NCBI GenBank assembly: GCA_951406725.2
Contig: OX597815.1
Coordinates: 25,606,001-25,670,000 of the forward strand
Length of the DNA stretch: 64,000 nt
Source: Octopus vulgaris
Taxonomy: Eukaryota
Direction of reading: 5' to 3'
Notes under the pieces: generated by a model
The model's input: the letters and a program-made list of their open reading frames with translations, nothing else
What the model was told of the DNA's origin: nothing
The model's database searches: none
Translations under genes and position numbers: made by a program
Shown here: positions 11,740 to 25,193 of the stretch, one piece after another
How the letters are laid out: the number at the start of each line of letters is the position of its first letter
Position numbering within the stretch: the stretch's first letter is position 1

Positions 11740-12478
11740 CGAAATGCTTAGCGGTATTTCGTCTGTGTTACGTTGTGAGTTCAAATTCCGCCGAGGTCGA
11801 CTTTGCCTTTTATCCTTTCGGAGTCAATAAATTAAGTACCAGTTACGCACTGGGGTCGATCTAATCGACTTAATCCGTTTGTCTGTCCTTGCTTGTCTCA
11901 TCTGTGTTTAGCCCCTTGTGGGTAGTAAAGAAATAGATATTTCGTCTGCCGTTACGTTCTGAGTTCAAATTCCGCCGAGGTCGACTTTGCCTGTTATCCT
12001 TTCGGAGTCAATAAATTAAGTACCAGTTACGCACTGGGGTCGATCTAATCGACTTAATCCGTTTGTCTGTCCTTGTTTGTCCCCTCTGTGTTTAGCCCTT
12101 TGTGGGTAGTAAAGAAATAGATATTTCGTCTGCCGTTACGTTGTGAGTTCAAATTCCGCCGAGGTCGACTTTGCCTTTTATCCTTTCGGAGTCAATAAAT
12201 TAAGTACCAGTTACGCACTGGGGTCGATGTAATCGACTTAATCCCTTTGTCTGTCCTTGTTTGTCCCCTCTGTGTTTAGCCCTTCGTGGGTAGTAAAGAA
12301 ATAGATATTTCGTCTGCCGTTACGTTGTGAGTTCAAATTCCGCCGAGGTCGACTTTGCCTTTCAACCTTTCGGGGTCAATAAATTAAGTACCAGTTACGC
12401 ACTGGGGTCGATGTAATCGACTTAATCCGTTTGTCTGTCCTTGCTTGTCTCCTCTGTGTTTAGCCCCTTGTGGGCAAT
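11740..12478 (+). mobile_element. Head-to-tail tetramer of 5'-truncated SINE family 2 (184-bp period)
   Basis: Junction AAAGAAATAG|ATATTTCGTCTG at 11936, 12120 and 12304. Flanked by a 43-bp direct duplication (11697-11739, 12479-12521). Confidence 0.88.
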
Positions 12479-13011
12479 AAAAAGAGTCATAAAGAGGAAA
12501 TGGTGCAAAGGAGCATTAGGGGTAGTGCTGGCGAATGTCAGGCAGCAAGGAATTTTTGAAGAATGCAGTGTCTTGGCGACATAGTCTTTCAAATGTGTGG
12601 CGCTAGGTGCGTTTGTGTACCTGTTATGTTCATATTCATATAACTGATTCTATTTATCGGCCATTAAAATCGATATAGACTATTACAAAATATTCGGTTT
12701 TATTTATTGAATGTTATACATCTATACATAGCATTTCAATTATATAACCGTGTTCATTTATATAGCGTTATTACGTTTGTTTAGGTTGATTATTAAAATA
12801 CTACGTTTAATCATATTAAAAAGCACCCGGGCACCCCGAGTTTTAGTTTTAGAAACACGACTGAACACGCTTTGTTCTTCGGTTTTATAAGGTAAATATC
12901 GCGTTGAGAAATTTACGTGTGGAGGTTTGTGGGTTTTAATTCAACGGAGTGAAAGAGAAGAATGATAACAAACAAGAGAAAGTGATAAGAGGAAGGGAGA
13001 AAGAAAGAAAG

Positions 13012-13088
<77 letters not shown>

Positions 13089-13189
13089 GAGAAAGAGAAG
13101 GGATTTGTGAATGTTTGTTCTAGAAAACATTATTTCATGTTTCATGTTTCCCTCCATTTTCTATTGATCTTTCTTCAATAACCTGTCGT

Positions 13190-13262
<73 letters not shown>

Positions 13263-13673
13263 CATACATGCATACATATATATATTTCTCTCTTTTTCGC
13301 TCTCCCACATGCTGTATGTATAATCTATCTATCTATCAATAAGTTTATATATTATATATATATTATATAAGGGTGTGTGTAATATATGCATAGATACAAA
13401 TATAAATTGAATAACACATACATAGGCACGCACCTGTATATGTCTGTCTGTCTGTCTGTCAGTCTTCTGTCTGTCAGTCTTCTGTCTGTCGTTATATATA
13501 TATATATATATTATATATATATATATATATTATATATATGCATATTCATACCCTCCCACACATATAAGTATGCGTATATATAAAGACATTAATATGCATA
13601 TATCTATGCATACAATATATATACACATGTGTATATTTGTATATGTATATTTGTATATATTTATATATGTATG

Positions 13674-13720
<47 letters not shown>

Positions 13721-13779
13721 ATGTGTATATTTGTATATGTATATACACACATATATAACCATATATGTTTATATACATA

Positions 13780-13841
<62 letters not shown>

Positions 13842-14169
13842 CATGTATATACATACATGTATATGTGTCTGTGTATATACACACATATTTATTTACAAAT
13901 TCAGAAACGGATGTACACACACACATACATATGCCAAAAAAAAGAGAAAAATTATGAAGCGAAAATGCACTGAAAATTTTCATTATATTTCAAAATATTT
14001 AATATTTGTGTATCATTTCAACGTTAAATATATAACAAAATTTGCCATAAATCCATCTAGCCCTGCTGGTTTCAACCATAATTTGGTATTTTCAAGGTCA
14101 ACAAATGTTTTTCTTAAGTTAATTTTAAGAATGACAAAAGCTCGTCTTATACTACGGTAAATACAGTAA

Positions 14170-14194
14170 TCTCCTAATATAATAATAAACGTAG

Positions 14195-14293
<99 letters not shown>

Positions 14294-14605
14294 TTTTTAT
14301 ATTTATCCAGAATCACGCCAGACGTGGAGGAGGAGAGAAAATAGTAATTCAGTGAAGGAGAAGTAGTGAGAGTAATAGTCCTGACTGAAAGGGCGTGAGA
14401 GAAAGTAATAGCAATGAGAGAAAGGAAGCGGTGAAAAAAAATCAGCGTTTCAACTCTATGTGAGTATAATTGTGTATGTGTGTGCATGTACAAGGGAGGT
14501 AAGTAAATGTTTGTATGTGTGATTATTATGTAGCTTATTTTGTACTTTATTTATACATAAAACACTACAATTCGCCGTCATTATTGACGGCACGTGGTCA
14601 GATAG
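14170..14605 (+). mobile_element. Non-autonomous Helitron family C with sub-terminal inverted repeats
   Basis: 5' a|TCTCCTAAT; GTAGTGTTTTAT (14191-14202) mirrors ATAAAACACTAC (14557-14568); hairpin GCCGTCA-ttat-TGACGGC; end ATAG (decayed CTAG). Second copy at 59481. Confidence 0.7.
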
Positions 14606-14679
14606 TACAGAATAATGCAAGAAATTTCACAAGTTGTTTCCATAACAATAATTCGGTTGTAATTCTGAATGCTTTATCT

Positions 14680-15137
14680 TTTACTTATTTTAGTCATTGG
14701 ATTGCGGCCATGCTGAAGTACCGCCTTGAGGGGTTTTAGTTGAACGAATCGATTCTCCCAATACATTTTTTAAAAATAACGTCTGGTACGTATTCTATCG
14801 GTGTATTTTTTATTTGCCGAACAGATAAGTTGCAGGACGTAAACAAAGCAACACCGATTGTTAAGCGGTGGTAGGAGACAAACACGACGCAAAATCAAAC
14901 ACACACACACCAGTTGTCTAGCGAAGTAGAGGACAAATCCCTGACAAATACTAAGATACACACAAACACACACTCGCGCACAGGCTTCCTCACAGTCCCC
15001 GTTCACCTCACTTACTCACCAGGCATTAGTCGGTCCGGGGCTATAATAAAAAAAACATTTGCTGCACAGTGGTACTGAACCCGAAACCATGAGTTTGCAA
15101 AGCTAGTTTCTCAACCGCTTAGCCATACTTACGCCTA
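14680..15137 (-). mobile_element. SINE family 1, diverged
   Basis: Colinear with the other family 1 copies. Confidence 0.7.
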
Positions 15138-15689
15138 TAAACGTAAACTTATTAATATCTAGATCAGTAAATGCTTTTATAATTTCATTTAATTTTTGTT
15201 TTATTTTGTTCTGTATCGCTTTTGAAATTATGCAAAATCCTTTAATGTAACTTGATAAAAACTTATAATTAAAATATCCAGTTAGTGTTGAAATCAGTCG
15301 GGAAAGATCTATGGCAAATTTTGTTATATACATCGTATTTTGAATCAATGCGTAAACATAAAATGTTTACTATATTTTGAAAATAGACGAAAATTTTCAG
15401 TGCATTTTGATTTTTGCGGTTTTGAATTATAATGGGATTTGAGTGGATCTTTAAAGGTTTTTCATGTATGTATGTATGTATGTATGTATGTATGTATGTA
15501 TGTATGTATGTATGTATGTATGTATGTATGTTCCCTTTTACTTTTAATTACGTGAAATCTTGTAAAGGAGCTGGTTTCTAACAAATTTACAAAGCTCGTC
15601 GCTGAAATGTAGATATCAAAAAGAACATCACATTTTGAATTTGAATTGCCGGCATCAGTTGTTAGTTGTTGGAGCACTGCATCCTTCAA

Positions 15690-15866
15690 AACTTCCATGC
15701 TTCCTGAGATTCGCCAACACTACACCTGATTTTCTCCCTCCATACACACGCAAGCATGTATCTGACTCATACACTGTTCACTTTCCAGACATTTGTACAT
15801 TACTGCATACACTTTATACGCACTTTTGACAAGTTGTGATGCACCTGAGCAGTGTATGCAATAATT

Positions 15867-15870
<4 letters not shown>
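15690..15870 (+). mobile_element. Probable non-LTR retrotransposon 3' UTR with (ATT)n tail
   Basis: Complex sequence ending ...GCAATAATTTC that runs straight into (ATT)n. Confidence 0.45.
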
Positions 15871-15913
<43 letters not shown>

Positions 15914-16009
15914 GTTGTTGTTGTTGTTGTTGTTGTTGTTATTGTTGTTGTTGTTATCATTATTATTGTTGTTATTGTTGTTGTTATTATTATTATTATT
16001 ATATATTAA

Positions 16010-16040
<31 letters not shown>

Positions 16041-16099
16041 AATAATATATTTCGTAATATATACACGCACACGCACATACCCACGCGCATATGCACGCA

Positions 16100-16194
<95 letters not shown>

Positions 16195-17053
16195 ACACAC
16201 AGAGGCATATACAACTAAACAGTGCTGCAATCATTTCTAAATTCTGTTGTTTTCTCAAACTAATTCTTTTACTTCTGACAGTTTTTTTTTTGGCGCATTT
16301 TAAATACTAAAATTACTTTTGTTTCGTTGTATTGATAAATTTATATAACCACTTTTATTATAATTGGTAGCATGATAGAATCGAATTGTAACAGCGTAGG
16401 AAAATATGCCGTGTGTTATTTTTGTGGATTTTTAAGCTCCGAGTTCAAATCCTGCCGAGTTACATTTTGCCTTTCCTCCCACTAAGGTCGATAATATTAA
16501 GTACCATTCAAGTACTGTTGCCGATGTGCTCGGTTTACTCCCTTCTCCCTAAATGTCTGACTTTGTGCCTAAATTAGAAACGACCCTTATTACTGTACAA
16601 TCTACTGTTACTTTGTATGTTTTTTGGTATGAGTAGAGTTTTGTTTTTCTGTTGTATTCAAATTACCTATAAAACAGTTGAGAAGTTAATGTATTACTTT
16701 TCCTCTATGTTGTGTATACGAGTCTGTCCTGGATGTTTGGTTATATATTTGCCTGTGTTTTCAAATCATTCCAAAGCACATGTTTTTATGAGTCATGTGT
16801 GTTTTCAATGCCCACACTCTTGTTATGTCTATATCTTCAAATCTAATATTCATCTTTATCCTTTACTTGTTTGAGTCATTGGACTGCAGCCATTCTGGCA
16901 GTTTAGTCGAACAAATTGACCTCAGTGCTTATTTTTTTAAAGTCTGGAACTTAATCGTTTGTTCTCTTTGCCGTACGACTAACTTACGAATACGTAAACA
17001 AACCGACACCGGTTGTTAATCAGAGGAGGCAAACACACACACAGATGTGTGCG

Positions 17054-17139
<86 letters not shown>

Positions 17140-17156
17140 CATACATATACATGATG

Positions 17157-17230
17157 GTCATGATGGGTATACTGGGCTTCGTATATTTTACCCCAGTGTC
17201 ACTTTGATGGCATGTACTGCTCTCTCACTC
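17157..17230 (+). mobile_element. 3' end of the (TAA)n-associated short retroposon (see 38879)
   Basis: GTCATGATGGGTATACTGGGCTTCG...CTCTCTCACTC followed by (AAT)n. Confidence 0.8.
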
Positions 17231-17316
<86 letters not shown>

Positions 17317-18110
17317 TAACTGTTATTATTATTATTAGCGAGGACGCATGACCCAGTGGTTAGGGCAGTTTCAATTTCTAGATCGTCGTTTCAATTTCTA
17401 GACCAGGTGTTGCGTTGTGTTCTTGCGCAAAACACTTCATTTCACGTTGGCGACACATTTGTGCAGCTGTTCAGGCAACATCGATTTGATGAACGGAGTG
17501 AGCTATAGTACGGCACATACATTCGATCACTTTAAACAAGTCATTTGTGCAGGTCGTTCGGCAAAAAAAAAGCAGAACATTCATACGTCATCTTCGACGA
17601 GAGAGTCCATCATTATTATTATTTTCGAATTTCATTTTATTATTTTTGGATTTTGCTTCAGTATTTGCTTTTGATATTTTCTGGTCCGAAGAGATTGGTC
17701 TTCTGAGATACAATAAAACATCATTCGGTTTCACCTTTGGCTCTTCCTTTTCAGTCCAGCTTGCGTTGGGATTTTTCTTTATCCTTTTCCGCTTTGTTCA
17801 GTCTTGTTCGAAGCTTTTTTTGCAATCGTATTTCAGCTTAGTTTTTTTTCTTTCTTATTAATGTTTGTTGTAGCTTGTCCATTCTACTTACTGTCTGTTA
17901 CCTCAGCCTCTATTTTACGTTTGTTAGCTTCTTTGAAAAGGAAAAATATTTTTGCTAGTCTTTTGTAGATATTTGAATTTGCTACCAGTTTTTCTTTACT
18001 AGATATTTTGTATAAATTTTATATTTGCAGAAGACACTCGTTTCCTTGTATTCGTAGTAAATATATTTCTTTTGCGACGGATTTTGGCTGGTGTATTCTA
18101 AATGCAGTTA

Positions 18111-18506
18111 TCTTTATATATAAAAGTCAAGTTGTGTGTCTGTCTCCTACGATTTAGATTCCTAACTACTCCCACAATTTGCGGTGCAGTGTAACCAAAA
18201 GCGGGCATCTTATAGTCGTGATTCATATTGAGCCCTTCTGAGTATTAGCGCGCGTCTACGATGAGTCTACGATTAAAAAAAAAAATTACCATCATTTTTT
18301 CCCATTTTTAATGCAATTTTTTTTGCTATTATATAAGGGAAGTAACTCTCTAAAAATGTATTATTAAATCTCAGAACGTAAAAAGCTACAGTAACACCCT
18401 CTTTGTGGTTAGCCATATTGAGATGGCTATTATACTTTACATCTCTAAAAATGCTTATATAGTTATTTCCCTTACAAACCCGAGCAACGCCGGGCGATAC
18501 TGCTAG
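18111..18506 (+). mobile_element. Non-autonomous Helitron family A
   Basis: a|TCTTTATATATAAAAG ... CCCGAGCAACGCCGGG hairpin, then CGATACTG and CTAG|t. Confidence 0.85.
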
Positions 18507-18890
18507 TTTTGTATAAATTTTATATTTGCAGAAGACACTCGTTTCCTTGTATTCGTAGTAAATATATTTCTTTGCGACGGATTTTGGTTGGTGTATTCTA
18601 AATGCAGTTATTATATATAATTTTTTTTCCTATTTTTCTAATTCCATAATTATAACTATGATTTATTACTAGACAAATCAATCAATCAATAAATCCAATC
18701 AGAAAATATAATCGACAGTTTTAACGAGATTTTGGCGAATTGTATTTTCACGAAATGAAATTGACTAAAAAAAAAAAAAGGAAATAAAGAGAAGCCTGAT
18801 ATTCCTTGACGTTGAAAACAATCTTGTGATGAATACTCATTTCTTACTTCCAGTCAATATTTGTCCAAATATGTTCAACGTTGTCTATTG

Positions 18891-19320
18891 CATACATACA
18901 TATATACATACGTACATACATACATACATACATACATACACACACATACATACATATATACATACATACATACGTACATACATAATACATACATACATAC
19001 GTACGTACGTACATACATACATACATACATGCATACATACATACATACATACATACACACACACATACATACATACATACATACATACATACGTACGTAC
19101 ATACGTACGTACGTACATACATGCATACATACATACATATATACATTACATACATACATTACATACATACATATATACATTACATACATACATACATTAC
19201 ATACATACATTACATACATGCATACATACATGCATACATACATACATATATACATTACATACATACATTACATACATACATTACATACATACATTACATA
19301 CATACATTACATACATGCAT

Positions 19321-19351
<31 letters not shown>

Positions 19352-19362
19352 TACATACATAC
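18891..19362. repeat. (TACA)n compound microsatellite
   Basis: Visible repeat. Confidence 0.95.
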
Positions 19363-19749
19363 AAAATGGCGCCGTCAACATCAAACGTATAGGCGTTGAG
19401 AGCTGTTTAAAAAATATTTTTGAACGTTCCCTTCTACATATATGCCGACTTCTCCAGCTTAAATCAGTAACTACTAACGTAGCGTTTAAGAAGACGTAAG
19501 TACTCCGCTCATTTTACTTGGATTCTACATCTAATCCAAGATCTTCGATGCTATGAAGAAATCCCTGAAAACCCTTCTATCGGATATATGAAGAAGTTAA
19601 AAAAAATATTGGGACGAATTTTACCCCAACTTAAGCACCTTTTCTACGAAACAATTTCGACAACATGTATCTTGAAAATGTTTCTGCTTTTTCAAAACTA
19701 TCAATCCAGTAGCTCTAATTTTGAAAATAGACTACGATGTCGCTGGAGA

Positions 19750-20800
19750 GCACATGAAATCATGTAATGTTAATTACTGTAGTATTTATACCCTCATATA
19801 TACAGCTGCTATAGCTCTTAAGAGAACCTAGGAAAAATCGGCAGTATACATTGTAATGAAAGTACAAAACCGAAACAATCCAGATGGAAAACAAAACTTG
19901 AAGAAGACAACAACAATCTCCGCTGCCATATTGGAAGGTTAACAACGATAATCAAATGTGAGCAACAATGAGTTACGTCTTATAAACAAATTAACAAAAC
20001 TGTATAGTGACTCTTCACAACAAGCTCTTGAGGGGAGGTTAATTACTCTAAAACGCGATTTCAGGGCTCTGAGTGAATATCTTCACTACCGCAAACGAAT
20101 TCTAGAACGAGTCTGTATAAATCACAAGTTTGCTTCTAACCCACAGACAGTATATAGAGAGATGAGGATGGAAAATATTACCGTTAAGAAAGCCCCCACT
20201 CTCTCATTCTGGTTGAAAGTCTGGAACGGAAAGAGGAATCTCAACCTAAATGCATCGTGGTTAAATGCAGTAAAGAGAGAATATGAAAACAATGTCGGGT
20301 TTAAAGTGTGACATTGTTTTCGTTATCTACATTTCCAACGATGGAGCTTTGTATCTTTGTTTGAAACCAGCTCCTTCTTCTTCAGAAGAACTTAAAGAAT
20401 TAAATACCAAGAAGAAACACATACATATACACATACATACATATCATGCATGAAATCAGCTGCCCAGCAGAACTTAACATAGAGCTGAAGGTCAATGGAA
20501 AAAAGAATACCTATGCTGAATTATTGAGAATTATGCAGTTACTCTATCCAGATTACAAGTTCAGGTTTATACCTGTAATTATTGGGGCACTGGGATATAT
20601 AACACGCTGCCTAAATACCAATCTTGAGAAATTAGGCCTCTCAAAAATCAGAATGGAGAAAGCTGATTCGAAGACTACAGGTCCAATCCATCACTAGAAC
20701 TGTAAAAATCTATAAAACTTTCCAGAAGTTAATCATTTAAGCATGTCTGGATATGCAAATATATGCTTGAGAAGACATTCGGAAAACAAAATACAAAATA
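19750..20800 (+). mobile_element. Decayed REL-endonuclease non-LTR retrotransposon fragments
   Basis: The ORF at 20446 reads EISCPAELNI...K..Y...IPVIIGALG (REL motif); the upstream fragment resembles a pre-RT region. Confidence 0.7.
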
Positions 20801-21164
20801 CAAACCTGCACGTATACATACATACATACATACATACATACATACATACATACATACATACATACATACATACATACATACATACCCTGTTATTGATGTT
20901 GAAATTCCGACGCAGGGGCTTTGGATCTAGGTTAGAAACCGACTCTTTCTCTATTGGCAAGAAATCTTGAAATAATACTGAATGATATACATACATACAT
21001 ACATACATACATACATACATACATACATACATACATACATACATACATACATACACACATATATACAATGCATACAATACAATGCAATGCAATATATACA
21101 CGTATACATACATACGCACATATATACATGCACACACAAATATATACATACATACACACATACA

Positions 21165-21420
21165 TAGGGGGAGAATTCACGAAAAAAAAACAAAAGACGA
21201 AGACAGGTGGTGTAGAAAAGAAACAGACGTATTAGTATAACGCTCAGGAATTGAAAAGTCTTTCACGTTTCGAGCCTACGCTCTTCTACAGAAAGGAACA
21301 CAGAAAAAAACAAGGAGAGAAACAAAGAGAGAAAAAATGTGTGTAGTGACTAGCGATCTATCATGGCGACTGCCGGACAGAAGGGTCACACAGGAGAGCG
21401 AAGAAGTAGGGGAGATATCC
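21165..21420 (-). mobile_element. Possible Penelope-like pLTR fragment with degenerate hammerhead (21260-21295)
   Basis: Minus strand CTTT-CTGTAGA-a GAGC gtag GCTC-GAAAC-GT-G-AAAG. The fold is retained but the core and cleavage triplet are non-canonical. Confidence 0.45.
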
Positions 21421-22201
21421 CCACATACATACATATACACACATACATTCATACATACATATATACACACATACATTCATACAGACTTACATACATTTAT
21501 ACATACATAGCATGGCAAATATATTTTTGAACTGAAGTCAGTATAGATAGAAGCTTTTTTTTCGAGTGGTGGCAACATTTTCCGAAAACCAAGTCATCGA
21601 TGAATGTTGCTGTGATTATTGCTTCCAGTGTTCTTTTAAGGAGAAAGACTCATTGTATCATGTTGTACCTTTCACACATTCATGCAGTTAGAATTATCAA
21701 TTGTGGCACCTTCCATTTAACAGATTCACTGGACATTTTCAGGTTGTGTTACAACAGATCATAAGAGACAATTGTAAGAAAGAATCGTAATGGTTTCTTA
21801 GATAAACATACAATGGGCGCATGAGCAGGAAGAAGAAAAAGAAGAAGAAAAAGAAGAAGAAGAAGAAGAAGAAAAAGAAAAAGAAGAAGAAGAAGAAGGA
21901 GAAGTGTAACAACAGCTACTGCTGCTGCTGCTACTATTACTACTACTACTACCACTACTATTACTACTGTTGCTGCTGCAGCAGCACATAAACCAGCAAT
22001 AGCAATGCACACACACACACACTCGTACACACACACACACACACGTACACACACATACACACACTCGTGCATGCACGCACAAACACACGTACACACATAC
22101 ACACACACAAACGCACTCATATACAAGCACACACACAGACACACATACACACACAAGTACACAAATTCACATACACACACAGACACACACACATTCCTTC
22201 A

Positions 22202-22233
<32 letters not shown>

Positions 22234-23360
22234 CAAGAACACCAACTAAGCTGCGCCATCCGTCTTAATGATGCCATCACTTGGTGAGGAAATTGAACGG
22301 CAAATATTTTAGTTCTTTGAATTCGTATTAAAAGTCACTTTTTACCGTTGGCAACGAGATAAAAATATAAAAATCAAAGAACAAAATCTTACTCTTCTTT
22401 TTTTCGCTTGTCTTTTTCTAAAATTATTTTGCTGTTGTTTGAAGGGGTTCTAACTACATCTAAAGCCATACACAGTTCTTTCCATACATTTTCATTTCAA
22501 CAGGAAGCAATAACAAGTCAACATGTCTTCATTGTATTTCCAATAATGTGATGTAGTTTTTCTTTTTTTATGGATTCTTTCGAAGTCTTTGATGTCACGT
22601 TCGCCATATTTATCCGTCAAAATTTGCTCCACTCTTCAACAGTTCTTTCGCCGTTTAAAGAAAATAGTGTTTTTATTTATTCATTCATATTTTATTTTTA
22701 TCATTATGTTCTGTATGGTTGATAACAAGGTCACATGTGACTTCAGATGCTTCAAAATGTCTTTTGGCGAAATGGTGGAACAAAGAATACACCACGGCCG
22801 TTAACCATTATTAACGTGGGTACGCAGACCTAATGTCTTGCTTGATGATATAGTTAAACATGCAGACTGCGTATGTATATGTATGTGCGCGTACAACTGC
22901 GTAAGTGATTGATGTAAATGTGAAACGTATTAGAGTGTGCGTATGTACGTGAATATAGCTACATGTCTTGCTGTGTATGTCTCCATGTGTATAGCTAAGC
23001 CTGTGCGCACATGTTTATGTGTATATAGCTTGCCTAGGTTGAAAGTGTGTTCGTGTTCATGTGTGTATAGCTATACATGTACTTCTGAGTCGCGTATTTG
23101 ACTGGGTCTCTCCTTATGTATGTGTGTAAGCATCTATATGCAGTTGTATGAATATATGAATGTGTATAGCGATGCGTGTGTGTGTCTGCAGCTGTGTGTA
23201 TGTCTATGGTCGTGGATAATATGTGTATGCAACTGCATCTAAGTGTGTACTTGTGTATAACTGTTCTGTGTGTGGTTGAATGTGTGCGTGTATACGCATG
23301 TGTATACGTGTATGATTAGGTTTTTCACTGTCTCCATCTATGTGTATGTATTCAGCTATT

Positions 23361-23403
<43 letters not shown>

Positions 23404-24499
23404 GTTTCCGCGCTTGTGTGCATGTGCATATTTATGACAAAATGTGTTTTGTTCCTGTGTATACGCGCGCCCGCACACACACACACACACACATACACAT
23501 GGTATGTGTGTATATCTGTGCAGTATTTCAGAGTCAAATATTGTGCATATTTATGTGCATCTGTTGGCTGTAAATATTTATATGCACAAAGAAAGATCAC
23601 ATACATGCAATATGTCTGTGCTTATTCGTCTGTGTGTGTCTGTGCCTGTATGTCTACGTGTGTCTGTATTTTCGTCCATTTGTTTATGTAGTCACGTGTA
23701 CCTCTGAATAGGCATTCATGAATACAAGTATAAAGAAAGTTTTCTGCAAGGGTAAAGCATTGAGAAATACTAAATCGATTACAAATAGTTATACCATCTC
23801 CATCTACGCCACGTTCCATAACTAACAGATACACACTCATAGACACTCTCTCGCACTCACCCACCGTCTGTCTGTCTATCTCTTTCTTTCTCTCTCTCTT
23901 TCTACCCCTCTCTCTTACATGCACACACTCATAGACATTCTCTTGCACTCACACACCGTCTGTCTGTCTCTTTCTTTCTCTCTTACATGCACACACTCAT
24001 ACATATGCCATCAAAGAGCTCACTTTATATAAATGCATAAAAATCTATGCAAACTTGGTCTTCACAAATGTAGTACTCTAAACTCTATTATTGTTTAGTC
24101 TCCAGGCAAGCTTGGGTCAACAAACCAAATATCAAAAGCGTTCTAAATTGACCACATATCTTTTTGAAGGCATAATGTATCAAAGACTAAATTATCCAAA
24201 GCTGCTCCTATTATTTTTTTAAACAAGTAGGCTGTGATTTGAAAGAAATTTGTTAAGATAAGACACAACGTTACCGCATCCCATCTACACCTGTATTGTG
24301 TAATCATTCTTTTCCTCTCCTCTTTCTTCTCTTTTCTCCCAAGTCTCCTCTAAACCTAATGGTAGCTTCCGTATGTTTACCTCCCTACAATTTTATAATC
24401 TACATGCTGTGGTATTTGATATTAAAGGGAGATGATTTAGAACTTAGTTCATTACATATCTTTAAATAAATGGAGCTCTCTGCCTGTGTAGCCCTCTTC

Positions 24500-24800
24500 C
24501 AAACTGCAACCCCATCTGTTTGAAGTCCAGTGTCAAGTTTCTGCAGCCAATGATGGCTGGAGCTGCTATGTCAGACCATTGTGTTTCTTCGGGGTCACAG
24601 TCAACGCAGCGGTCTATCAAGTGGTTTTCATAATTCCATCAAACAACAGACTATTTGTTGATGCGGAATCTTTGTTCCAGCAGAATTTAGCACCTGCACA
24701 CAGTTTCAAAACAACTACTACCTGGTTTGCTGATATTTACACCAACTTGTTATGTTGTCACGGTAAATCACCTGACATGTACCCTATAGAATAATTTGGT
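24500..24800 (+). pseudogene. Tc1-like transposase DDE-domain remnant
   Basis: CLKSSVKF...VNAAVYQ...FQQNLAPAH...SPDMYPIE matches the Tc1 motifs FQQDxAPxH and SPDLNPIE. Confidence 0.8.
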
Positions 24801-24962
24801 TCCACCTTCCTAATAGATAATGTATTAGACCATATTTAGACATTCTATTATTTGTAAAGTACTTTTCACTTGTTGACGTATAACATTCCTGTCTGTTTCA
24901 TTTTATGTCTGAGCCATTTTACAAATATTATTGAAGTTGCTACGCTATAATGACCGTATAAA

Positions 24963-25193
24963 GTGTGGCGAGCCGGCAGAATCATTAGCACGCCGGGCGA
25001 AATGCTTAGCGGTATTTCGTCTGCCGCTACGTTCTGAGTTCAAATTCCGCCGAGGTCGACTTTGCCTTTCATCTTTTCGGGGTCGATTAAATAAGTACCA
25101 GTTACGCACTGGGGTCGATGTAATCGACTTAATCCGTTTGTCTGTCCTTGTTTGTCCCCTCTGTGTTTAACTCCTTGTGGGTAGTAAAGAAAT
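24963..25193 (+). mobile_element. SINE family 2, full length
   Basis: 16-bp TSD GCTATAATGAC(C/A)GTAT. Confidence 0.88.

Larger units (their letters stand above)
13962..15408. mobile_element. Long-TIR DNA transposon relic with nested Helitron and SINE
   Basis: AAAATGCACTGAAAATTTT...TATATAACAAAATTTGCCATA (left) mirrors TATGGCAAATTTTGTTATATA...AAAATTTTCAGTGCATTTT (right). Confidence 0.65.
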
